In this document: positions 19,995 through 29,700 of the stretch, piece after piece | How positions within the stretch are numbered: position 1 is the first letter of the stretch | Layout of the letters: each line of letters opens with the position of its first letter | NCBI GenBank assembly: GCA_020348925.1 | Contig: CP070758.1 | Span: forward strand, 638,469-702,468 | Length of the DNA stretch: 64,000 nt | Direction of reading: 5' to 3' | From: Gemmatimonadota bacterium | GTDB lineage: Bacteria; JBHIER01; G020348925 | Notes under the pieces: model-generated | Told to the model about the DNA's origin: nothing | Database searches by the model: none | Seen by the model: only the letters and a program-made list of their open reading frames with translations | Position numbers and translations under genes: made by a program

Positions 19995-22612
19995 GATTCC
20001 ACCTCGGAATACTTCTCGATCATTCTTTGAAAGCGTGGGTTGTCGCGAAGGGGGTCCCAGCGAATAGATTTTTTCAGGTCCCAAATTGAAACGCTATTAT
20101 AATAATGGCTTTCCATGAGTTGATCGAGGAGATCTATTGCCTTCTCCACTTCATCCACCCATGCATAAATTACGGCTAAGAATTCTAAAAATGTAGATCC
20201 AAGGTACCGGTCGTCGGATGTTATCTCCACGGCAAGTTTTCCTTCACGGATAGCTTCTTCCTTGCGGTCCAACCTGCATAAGGCAAGACCGAGAATTGCA
20301 TGACAGAAAGAGCTCTTCGGAACCTCCTTTAATCTTTGTTCCATAAGGATACGGGCCTCGTCGAAGGCGGCACGAGAGCGTTCCGGTTTGTTCACGTAAT
20401 GATAGCTGAAACCTTTAAACAGAAGAAGTAATCCCTGATCCAAAGGTAATTCAATTGTTTCCAAAGGGATTGAGGAAATACGGTCCAATGCATCATTGAA
20501 ATTTCGATCGAATAGATCGAGTTGGATCCAGACATCGGACTTCTCATTGTCCGGGGCTTGCGCAAGTATGGAACGAGCCTCATGTGTATTGCCCCTCCAC
20601 TTGAATGAATTTTCTGCTTTCACCTCATACATTTGACGGGAATCCGGAGCCAGGGTTATCGCCCGGGTAAAATACTGATCTGCCGTGCCGTACCTCCGAA
20701 GCGCCCCGTACGTTTCACCTACTTGAAAATTTATGTGTGCACTCTGGGGATTGAGATCAAGAGCCCGTTCGAGTCGCACGACCGCCTTCTCTATTTTACC
20801 CTGGCGTCTGAAAATGTATCCGATGGCCTCCTGTATTTCTGAGTTATTCGGTAAATCCTTTTCCACAGCAAAAAACTCTTGAAGGGCGCGATCGAACTCC
20901 TTGAAACAGGAATAGTGAAAATACCCCTTCGCTAAACGCACCTGCGGCAGGTCAGGGTGCAAGGATACTGCCCGATCGAGCGCCATCTTCGCTTTGGCCA
21001 GGCGCTCCTCGCTGGGATCTAAATAGAAATAGAGCATACCGTGAGCGGAGGCGAGTTCGACATATGCCAGAACAAAGTGAGAGTCGAGTTCCACCGCCCT
21101 CTCGAACATCTCTATGGCCAGACCGTATCGCTCAACATCGTATCCGGGTTGGGACCAATGGCTCATAGCCCGCAGATACGCTTGATATGCTTCGAGGTTC
21201 TCCGTCGGTTTCGCCTGCATAGCTTGCCGTTCGGGCTCGAGGAGCGTAACATTCAGTTCTTTTACCACTTCTTCGGCAATAGTTGACTGGACTGCAAAAA
21301 TTTGTTCTAAACGCTCATCATAACGCTCTGTCCAGAGATGGGTATCATCCGAAACGCGGATGAGCTGAGGGGTAACCCTTACACGGCTCGGCCCGTCTGC
21401 TATTCTTTCCCAGCGGACAGTCCCCTCAAGAACATAATCAACTTTCAGCTCCTGTCCTATCTGACTGATTGTTTTGTCGGTCTGCTTGTAATGAAACGCA
21501 CTGGTTCTCGAAATAACGCCGAGTCCGTGTAAAGATGCGAGCCGACTGGTGATCTCTTCGGTAATCCCATCGGCGAAATATTCCTCCTCAGGTGGCCCCA
21601 GGTTCTCGAAAGGAAGGACCACCAGCATTTTTCTCTCATGTACTGATTGCTTTACTGATGTTTTGAATTGGCGCACGAGGAGAACGGCGGCAATTGTAAC
21701 CACAATAACGAGACCGGCAATTCCTGCAATCTTTCTCCTTAATGATCTCACCGGCGGTTTTGATGTCCGCGCTTCAGTAGAAATGGATGGCGAAGTCGAG
21801 ACTCTCAGGTAATGGCGGAAATCTGCCAGCAGCCCGGAGGCAGTCTGGTATCGTTCCCCCGGATCCTTTTGCAGACACTTGAAGACGATTCTCTCCAGCT
21901 CCAGCGGCACTCCAGTCCGCAGTCCGGTCACGGATTCGGGCATCTCGTTTATTATCGAATACATCACCGCCTGGTCGTAATCCCCCTGGAACGGTCTCTG
22001 CCCGGTGACCATTTCATATAGAACAACACCGAGGGACCAGATATCCGAGCGGTGATCGACTTCCTCGCCCCGAGCCTGCTCAGGAGACATGTAAGCTACC
22101 GTGCCAAGGGTGGTCCCTTCCCTGGTGAGTTTCGTCTTCCCTCGCAGTTTGGCCAGGCCGAAGTCCATGACCTTAACCTGGCCACCGGAGGTGATCATGA
22201 TGTTGGCAGATTTGATATCCCGATGAACGATTTTCTTGTCATGGGCTTCCTTGATTCCCTCAACGATCTGGATGGCAATGTGAAGAGCGGTCTCTAATTT
22301 TAGGGGACCGCGTCTGATTTTTTCCTCCAGCGTCTCGCCATCATAGCAGGCCATGACGATAAAAATCTGCCCATCACTGGTCTCGTTGATTTCATGAATG
22401 GTACATATATTACTGTGATCAAGAGCCGAGGCTGCCTGTGCTTCGTGGATGAAACGTTCTTTCGCTTCAGGATCTTTCGTTAATTCCGCAGGAAGAAATT
22501 TGAGAGCGACGGTACGCTTGAGTTTAGTATCTTCTGCCTTATACACCACACCCATGCCACCTTCACCGAGTTTTTCCAGGATCCTGTAATGAGAGATGGT
22601 ATTGCCGATCAT
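19991..22612 (-). CDS. Ser/Thr kinase with hydrophobic helix, TolB-N-like (VVLPFENL) module and TPR repeats
   Basis: All catalytic motifs intact; MLVVLPFENLG...YFADGITEEI; TPR-like helices; WDPLRDNPRFQ tail. Confidence 0.94.
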   Translation of the reverse strand: MIGNTISHYRILEKLGEGGMGVVYKAEDTKLKRTVALKFLPAELTKDPEAKERFIHEAQAASALDHSNICTIHEINETSDGQIFIVMACYDGETLEEKIRRGPLKLETALHIAIQIVEGIKEAHDKKIVHRDIKSANIMITSGGQVKVMDFGLAKLRGKTKLTREGTTLGTVAYMSPEQARGEEVDHRSDIWSLGVVLYEMVTGQRPFQGDYDQAVMYSIINEMPESVTGLRTGVPLELERIVFKCLQKDPGERYQTASGLLADFRHYLRVSTSPSISTEARTSKPPVRSLRRKIAGIAGLVIVVTIAAVLLVRQFKTSVKQSVHERKMLVVLPFENLGPPEEEYFADGITEEITSRLASLHGLGVISRTSAFHYKQTDKTISQIGQELKVDYVLEGTVRWERIADGPSRVRVTPQLIRVSDDTHLWTERYDERLEQIFAVQSTIAEEVVKELNVTLLEPERQAMQAKPTENLEAYQAYLRAMSHWSQPGYDVERYGLAIEMFERAVELDSHFVLAYVELASAHGMLYFYLDPSEERLAKAKMALDRAVSLHPDLPQVRLAKGYFHYSCFKEFDRALQEFFAVEKDLPNNSEIQEAIGYIFRRQGKIEKAVVRLERALDLNPQSAHINFQVGETYGALRRYGTADQYFTRAITLAPDSRQMYEVKAENSFKWRGNTHEARSILAQAPDNEKSDVWIQLDLFDRNFNDALDRISSIPLETIELPLDQGLLLLFKGFSYHYVNKPERSRAAFDEARILMEQRLKEVPKSSFCHAILGLALCRLDRKEEAIREGKLAVEITSDDRYLGSTFLEFLAVIYAWVDEVEKAIDLLDQLMESHYYNSVSIWDLKKSIRWDPLRDNPRFQRMIEKYSEVES

Positions 22613-24846
22613 TTGTCTAACCCGATTTTTTTCAGCAGTGACTGGAACCGCTTATTTGATTGAAGACAATCGAAATAGGGAAAGGTTTTTGAGAATATAT
22701 TGGTTGGGCACCTGTCTTCGATGGACTTTTCCATGTCATCCAATGCTTCATCAAATTCACCCATGCCTGCCAAGACGACCGCGCGATTGAAGGTGGAGAC
22801 GTATCTCCTCCGGGCCAATTCGTCCAGCCTGGCGAGAATCCTCAGGGCATCGTCCTTTAGCCCGGCCCTGCCGTAAGCTCCTCCGAAATACCCAAGTGAG
22901 TATGCATGTTCGGCCGCCGACGGTTCGGCTTTTCGCATGATATCAACCGCCTCGTTATACATACCTTTATCCACATATGGCATGACAATATACGTATTCG
23001 CCAAGAGGAAATTCGGATCCATTTCCAGTGCTTTTTTATGATTGGCGATGCTCTCATCGTACCGGCGTGCAAAATAATATGCAATTCCCACAATGGTGTT
23101 TATTATAAGCGAGAGGGGATCGAGTTCCCGCGCCGTCTCGGCTTCTGCAATTGCTTCATCGAAACGCCCCATAGCCCACAGATATATGGCATACCACTCG
23201 TGTGCTGTTCCGTATTGCGGATTGAGCTCGATAGCCCTTACGTACAGCTTTTCCGCAGAGGACCAATTCCAATCATAATAAGTTGTTGCCCATGCCAACG
23301 AGGCGTGGGCTTCACCCAGTTTGTTGTCGATGGCCAGTGCCTTTTCCGCTGCTGCTTTTGCTTTCGGGAAGGTCTCCGCCGGTGACAGAAAACCGAAAAA
23401 GCCAGTGATGTTATAGACGTCGGCAATCCCTACGTGAGCCAGGGCATAATCAGGGTCTTTCTCGATCGCTTGCTGGAAAAACTCCATGGCCTTTCTCATG
23501 CCGCCCTCCAGCCTGCGATTCCAGAAGTATAAACCCTTCAGATACAGATTGTAAGCTTCCTGGTCGACGGTGTGGCGCCTAACCAGCGCAGTTTTCTCTT
23601 GCCTGAGAAGTTTGACTTTGAGCTTGTCCACGATGGCCAACGATATCTCGTCCTGGATGGCAAAGATATCCTCGAGCTTCCGGTCGTATTTTTCAGACCA
23701 CAGATGGAACCCATCGTTGACGTTTATCAGCTGCGCGGTTATGCGCAGCCGGTCGCCGGCCTTGCGGACGCTGCCCTCCAATACAGTTTGTACGTCGAGT
23801 CGCGATCCGATCTTCTTGATATCACTGTCACGATCCTTGAACTGGAACGCCGACGTACGCGCCGCCACCCGGAGCCCATCCAGTTTCACCAGCGCGTTTA
23901 TGAGTTCCTCCGCGATTCCCTCACAGAAATATTCCTGATCCTTCTGCGAGCTCATGTCTCTGAACGGGAGTACGGCGATAGACGGTTTCGATGCTTCATC
24001 CGATGCTTTTTCTAAGGGGAGGTTTGATTTGAGCAGTTTTTTCAAAGCTTTGAGGTCTTCTAATAACGCTTCAACGTTATCGTAGCGTTCGTTTTGGGAT
24101 TTCGCGAGGGTTTTCCCTACAATATGTTCCAGTTTCGACGGAACGTCCGGTCTCAGTTTCGATAGCGGTTCTGGTTCTTCATTCAATACCAAATACACAA
24201 CCGCTTGTTCGTAATCTCCCTTAAAAGGGAGCTGTCCCGTGATCATCTCATAGAGAACGACGCCCAGGGACCAGATGTCTGTACGGTAATCGACCTCCTC
24301 CCCCCGGGCCTGTTCGGGCGACATGTAAGCCGCGGTTCCCAACGTCGTCCCCTCCTTGGTCACCTTGGTCTGCCCCCTGAGCTTGGCCAGACCGAAATCG
24401 AGGATCTTCGCTACCCCATCGGTGGTCACGAAGATATTGGCCGACTTGATATCGCGGTGAACGATGGCTTTTTCATGGGCTTTCTTCAGACCGTAGGCGA
24501 TCTGGGATGCGATCCGAATGGTTTCCTCAGTTTTAAGGGGGCCGCGCTCGATCTTCTCCCGGAGGGATTCACCCTCGTAACAGGCCATGACCATGAAAGT
24601 CTGACCTTCCTCGGTTTCATCGATATGATGGATGTTGCAGATATTGTTATGCTCCAGGGCAGAGGCCGCCTGGGCTTCGAGCATGAAGCGCTCCTTGGCT
24701 TCGGGATCCCGGGTCATCTGGGGCGGCAGAAACTTGAGGGCGACGGTCCGCTTCAGCTTCGTATCCTCGGCCTTGTACACCACACCCATACCGCCCTCAC
24801 CTAATTTTTCGAGGATTTTGTAATGAGAGATATTTTGACCAATCAT
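22609..24846 (-). CDS. Ser/Thr kinase with TolB-N-like (SIAVLPF) module and TPR repeats
   Basis: Kinase motifs intact; PSIAVLPFRDMS...EYFCEGIAEELI; TPRs; no TM segment. Confidence 0.94.
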   Translation of the reverse strand: MIGQNISHYKILEKLGEGGMGVVYKAEDTKLKRTVALKFLPPQMTRDPEAKERFMLEAQAASALEHNNICNIHHIDETEEGQTFMVMACYEGESLREKIERGPLKTEETIRIASQIAYGLKKAHEKAIVHRDIKSANIFVTTDGVAKILDFGLAKLRGQTKVTKEGTTLGTAAYMSPEQARGEEVDYRTDIWSLGVVLYEMITGQLPFKGDYEQAVVYLVLNEEPEPLSKLRPDVPSKLEHIVGKTLAKSQNERYDNVEALLEDLKALKKLLKSNLPLEKASDEASKPSIAVLPFRDMSSQKDQEYFCEGIAEELINALVKLDGLRVAARTSAFQFKDRDSDIKKIGSRLDVQTVLEGSVRKAGDRLRITAQLINVNDGFHLWSEKYDRKLEDIFAIQDEISLAIVDKLKVKLLRQEKTALVRRHTVDQEAYNLYLKGLYFWNRRLEGGMRKAMEFFQQAIEKDPDYALAHVGIADVYNITGFFGFLSPAETFPKAKAAAEKALAIDNKLGEAHASLAWATTYYDWNWSSAEKLYVRAIELNPQYGTAHEWYAIYLWAMGRFDEAIAEAETARELDPLSLIINTIVGIAYYFARRYDESIANHKKALEMDPNFLLANTYIVMPYVDKGMYNEAVDIMRKAEPSAAEHAYSLGYFGGAYGRAGLKDDALRILARLDELARRRYVSTFNRAVVLAGMGEFDEALDDMEKSIEDRCPTNIFSKTFPYFDCLQSNKRFQSLLKKIGLDK

Positions 24847-24847
24847 A

Positions 24848-27478
24848 CTATTCATTTTCAGAAAACTTCCGTTTCAATTCCTCGAACCAGTTGAAGACGA
24901 CCACCAGGTCAGAGGACTCACCGCCCTTTTCCCTTTCGATCATCACGAACCGGCCGTCAGGGGCAACATCATAATCCGTGAACTTTTTCCTGAAGAGCTC
25001 TCGGGGTGAACCGGCTCTGAAACGAGGATCCGTTTCAATTTCAACGGCCATCATTCTGTCGTCACCACTTATGTAAAAGAGCTGCCGACCATCCCGGGAC
25101 CACTTAGGTTCCCATCCTCCATCGGTAGAAATCTGCGTCACACCACCGGCCTCGGGAAATGTCCGGACGAACACTTCAAAACGGCCGGACTCGTTCGATT
25201 GATAGGCGATCCACTTGCCCGTCGGGTGAAAGACGGCTCCGTACTCCATAGCTGAGGTGGATACCAGAGGCTTGGGATGTTCTCTGTCGTCGAAGGAGAG
25301 ATACCATATCTCTGCACCCGCTTCAGGTTGATTTGTCTCAAAAAGTATGCTGTTCCCGTCAGGCGACCAGGAAGTGACTGTCTGATCGTAAGGATCCGTC
25401 AGGAGCGGTTCCTCGGAACGACTGCGGTCGATGGGAATTTGGTAGACGGCGAACGGCCCGAGCCTGAAGGATACAAAAGCCAACCAGCGACTATCAGGGG
25501 ACCAGACGGGCCTGAAATTACTGCTTTCAAAAGTAAGCTGTGTGGTCCGCTGACTGGCAAAGTCGTGAATCCACAGGTTGGTGGCCCCGCTTTCAAACTT
25601 GCTCAGAGCGAGAGCGTGGCCGTCGGGAGAGAGACGTATTTCTCTGTATGCTGCGGGCGGCAGTGATAACGGTTCGACTTGGCCCTGGCGATCACACCAG
25701 ACCACACGGCGCCGGGCAATCCATTCCCCACCCCGTTTATATAATAACATGCCTTCTCCTGAAACAGCGTAAGCACCAAGTCCTGAAGTTACGCTCTGCT
25801 TGATATCTTGCAGGACTGGTATCCGCGGTTCAGCTATCCGCAATGTCTTAAGGTCAAAGGGGGCTGCGACCAACGTTCCAGACTGAAGATACAGAATATG
25901 ACCGGTGGATATATACTGGGGATGTGCCCCTCCGGTGACGAGCGTTTGCCATGTATCCATTTTTCTCGAAAAAACATCAATCCGTATATCATCAAGGCTC
26001 GTATTCCACACTGTGAATAGAACAGCATCTCCCCCAGGAAGAACAGATGGTGACCAATGGCCGAATTCACCGGGGCCGAGAGTTGTTATCTTCACAGGAT
26101 CGCCCCCATCTACAGAAATTTTCCACAAACCATCGTTCCAACCGCGATTGAAGAAGATGGTGTCGTCGGGAGCCCAACTCCCGCTAATTCCTGATGATTC
26201 ACAGAGGGAGATCGGTTTTCCTCCTTCAAGATAGAGTTTCTGCAAATCGCCGTTCCCGGCGGCGAAGCCGATCCATTTCCCATCCGGTGAAAAGAAAGGA
26301 CTGGCTGCACCTTCCGTCCCAGATAAAGCCTTGACTTCAAGACGATTCATCTCTCGAAGGAAAAGCTGGGTGTTCGCACCGACGTTCCCCACGTATACAA
26401 GACGCTCGCCATCCGGGGAAAGAGCAAAATCACCATCAAAGCCTTCGAACATAGGTGCAGTGTCGGGAAAGTCCATGATGAATCGCGCCGACGAATGCAG
26501 GGAAGAAGGTTCTGTCCACCAGAATTTCATGATAATTCCGGTCGTAACTATAGCGAGGAGAATTAGAAGTGCTGCCATAGTGAGAGGGATTGTACGACGG
26601 GGGTGAGGTTTCCCTCGAGTTATTTGCCGTGAGACAGTCGTTGTTCGGATTCCGGAAGTGTCCATAGTTGAATGTTCAACGCCTCGCAAATCAACCGGCA
26701 CTTCATCGATATGCTGGTACCGGGCTGCGGGATCTTTGGCGAGAAGTTTGAAGACAATTCGATCCAAGTCCAACGGGACTCCGGTTCGCCGTGCCGTCAG
26801 CGGCTCAGGATCGTCATTCAGTATTGAATACATGACGGCCTGTTCGTATTCGCCCTTGAAGGGTATCTGTCCCGCAACCATTTCGTAGAGCACAACTCCC
26901 AGGGACCATATGTCCGTCCGGTGATCCACGGATTCTCCCCGGGCCTGTTCGGGAGACATATAGGCCACCGTTCCCAGGGTCGTCCCATCTTTCGTCAGTT
27001 TCGTCTGTCCTGTCAGCTTCGCCAGACCGAAATCCATGATCTTCACCTGTCCGTTCTGGGTCACCATAATGTTGGCAGGTTTGATATCCCGGTGTACGAT
27101 ATTTCTGGCGTGAGCATTCTGAAGACCTTCGGCAATCTGGATGGCAATGTCCGCAGCTTCTTTCAGCTTCAACGGTCGTGCTTTTATTTTTTCCTTCAAG
27201 CTCAATCCTTCAATAAATTCCATGGCGATGAAGGATTGTCCCTCCGCCTCGTCTACCTCGTATACAGTGCAGATATTGGGATGGTTCAAAGAGGCCGCCG
27301 CCCGGGCTTCGTGGACGAACCGCTCTTTTGCCTCCGTGTCCCGGGTCAGTTCCGGTGGGAGAAATTTGAGGGCCACGGTGCGTTTGAGTTTTGTATCCTC
27401 GGCCTTGTAAACCACACCCATGCCGCCTTCGCCGAGTTTTTCAACAATTTTGTAATGTGATATGGTTTCGCCGATCAT
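24848..27478 (-). CDS. Ser/Thr kinase with TM helix and PD40/TolB-like beta-propeller
   Basis: Kinase motifs; TM LTMAALLILLAIVTTGII; repeated (F/W)SPDG motifs; VVFNWFEELKR tail. Confidence 0.94.
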   Translation of the reverse strand: MIGETISHYKIVEKLGEGGMGVVYKAEDTKLKRTVALKFLPPELTRDTEAKERFVHEARAAASLNHPNICTVYEVDEAEGQSFIAMEFIEGLSLKEKIKARPLKLKEAADIAIQIAEGLQNAHARNIVHRDIKPANIMVTQNGQVKIMDFGLAKLTGQTKLTKDGTTLGTVAYMSPEQARGESVDHRTDIWSLGVVLYEMVAGQIPFKGEYEQAVMYSILNDDPEPLTARRTGVPLDLDRIVFKLLAKDPAARYQHIDEVPVDLRGVEHSTMDTSGIRTTTVSRQITRGKPHPRRTIPLTMAALLILLAIVTTGIIMKFWWTEPSSLHSSARFIMDFPDTAPMFEGFDGDFALSPDGERLVYVGNVGANTQLFLREMNRLEVKALSGTEGAASPFFSPDGKWIGFAAGNGDLQKLYLEGGKPISLCESSGISGSWAPDDTIFFNRGWNDGLWKISVDGGDPVKITTLGPGEFGHWSPSVLPGGDAVLFTVWNTSLDDIRIDVFSRKMDTWQTLVTGGAHPQYISTGHILYLQSGTLVAAPFDLKTLRIAEPRIPVLQDIKQSVTSGLGAYAVSGEGMLLYKRGGEWIARRRVVWCDRQGQVEPLSLPPAAYREIRLSPDGHALALSKFESGATNLWIHDFASQRTTQLTFESSNFRPVWSPDSRWLAFVSFRLGPFAVYQIPIDRSRSEEPLLTDPYDQTVTSWSPDGNSILFETNQPEAGAEIWYLSFDDREHPKPLVSTSAMEYGAVFHPTGKWIAYQSNESGRFEVFVRTFPEAGGVTQISTDGGWEPKWSRDGRQLFYISGDDRMMAVEIETDPRFRAGSPRELFRKKFTDYDVAPDGRFVMIEREKGGESSDLVVVFNWFEELKRKFSENE

Positions 27479-27873
27479 GCAACCTCGTAAGGTATCAATA
27501 CGTGTTGTGAAACCCAAAGATGAGAGGATTGGTACAATATTATATCAAGAGACTCTTTAGTTCTACAAAACTAAATATACGAAAGAATTGAAAGAAATCA
27601 ATATCTTATCTCGATTAGAATAATAATCTATGTCAGAGTTAGTGTTATATATTTCTCCTCTTTGAATCGTTCGGAAATTTCAAAAATTTCCAAAAGGCGA
27701 GGCGATTAGAAGGAGGCATTATCCCTTTATGGGTGACAGGTGCGATTTCCTTTTCCAACAAGCGTTTTCAGTCGAAAAAGTTCTTGGACACAATAGTTCT
27801 GAGATATATTATGTTAGTCACAAATTGTGGAAGTCGACTCCGATATTGAGGCTATGACCTCAGTAAATAGAGA

Positions 27874-29600
27874 ATGGTTATGAGTGAAGATCTGTCAAGG
27901 GAAATTCTCGCGAAGTTGCGTGAGTTACGAAATAAAGATAACGAAAAAATATTCGGGGCGATTCTAACTGCCGTTGGGGAGATTGGAGCCACGATCTCCG
28001 AAGGTGGAAAGTTGTCCAGAGAGAAGATGGACCAAATATCTAAGAAAATTGAAAAGGCAGACCAGCTGGCACGGCAGGGTCGAGATCAAAGCCGCCAGGC
28101 AAACGAGAAAGTATCTGAGATTCGGAGAAATGTCAGAAATCTTTTTGAGGAATTCCAAAAATTCCAAACCCTTTACGATATAGGAAAACTGGTAACATCT
28201 GAACGGGATATCGAGAAACTCCTGCGGTTGTCCATGGATAAGGTGGTCGAGGTGACGCAGGCAGAACGGGGAATGATTATCCTGGTGGACGAGGAGAAGC
28301 GCACCTGTTTCGAGGTAGCACGCAATTTGAGAAAACAGGAGATAAAAGGTCCGGAGTTTGAGGTCAGCCGCAATATCATCGACGAAGTACTGCGGAATGG
28401 TGAGGGACTCTTTGTGGCCAACGCCCTCGACCATCCCCAATTCCGAGAGGCCGAGAGTGTAAAAAAACTGAAACTGCTCTCTGTGCTCTGTATGCCAATC
28501 AAAATAGAAAGGAAGCTCCTGGGGGTGATTTACATCGACAATCGCCGCATGAGCGATCTCTTCAAGGAATCGACCCTCGATCTGGTCAGATGTTTTTCCG
28601 AACAGATTGCCATTGCCGTCGACAATGCTCTGGCCCAGAAAGCCCTGCAAAATCGGACCGAGCAATTGGATCATGAGCTGAGGGCCAGGTACCAGTTTGA
28701 ATCGATAATAGGTAGCCACCCCAGGATGGTAGAGGTCCTCAAATTGATAGGTAAGGTGGCTGACACCGATGCCACGGTCTTTATATACGGCGAAAGCGGG
28801 ACGGGCAAAGAGCTGGTGGCCAGAGCGCTTCATTACAATTCCTCCCGGAGTGAACAACTCTTCGTGGCCTTCAATTGTGCTGCGCTTCCTGAAAACTTGC
28901 TTGAATCGGAGCTCTTCGGACACGTGAAAGGAGCCTTCACAGGTGCCGTGACCAATAAGCAGGGAAAGTTCGAAGCGGCCAGAGATGGTACGCTTTTTCT
29001 CGATGAGATCGGGGAAATGAGCCCGAACCTTCAGGTCAAGCTGCTCCGGGTACTGCAAGAGGGTGAATTCTCGCCGCTGGGAAGTGTGGAAACAAGAGTG
29101 AGCAATGCCAGAATTGTGGCCGCGACAAATAAGGAACCAAAAAAACTGGTGGCCGAGGGACAATTGCGGGAGGATCTGTATTATCGCCTGAATATTGTCC
29201 CGGTTTTTCTTCCCAGTCTCCGGGAGCGGAGGGAGGATATCCCGCTGCTGACGGACCATTTCTTGAATCGTCACGGAGATCCCTCCTGTAAAAAACCGCT
29301 GAAACTTAGCGGACAGGCTCAATCCGCTATCCTGCGCTATGACTTTCCCGGTAATGTAAGGGAGCTGGAGAATATTATCAAGCGTGCTGTTATACTGGCC
29401 AGTGGTGATGTCATCGAACTCACTGACCTGCCTCAGGAAATCCAGGATGCTGGCGGGCTTGAAGACAAAGAATTGTCATTCAAAGACGCCAAAAAGGATA
29501 GTGTTGAAAGATTTGAAAGAAATTACATCGTCAGGAAATTGCAGGAGCACGGTGGTAATCTCTCCCGGGCCGCCGAGGCTTCGGGTATGCATCTCAAGAA
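27874..29600 (+). CDS. Sigma54-dependent enhancer-binding protein (coiled coil-GAF-AAA+-Fis HTH), 3' end cut by gap
   Basis: [67 protein letters not shown]. Confidence 0.95.
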
Positions 29601-29700
29601 NNNNNNNNNNNNNNNNNNNNNNNNNNNNNNNNNNNNNNNNNNNNNNNNNNNNNNNNNNNNNNNNNNNNNNNNNNNNNNNNNNNNNNNNNNNNNNNNNNNN

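Noticed and set aside
18369-20084. Apparent transporter/kinase chimeric ORFs (18369-19976 + and 18810-20084 -)
   Set aside because: Both span the N spacer at 19207-19306. The same applies to 13661-14461, 14041-14523, 29476-33882 and 8472-8915.
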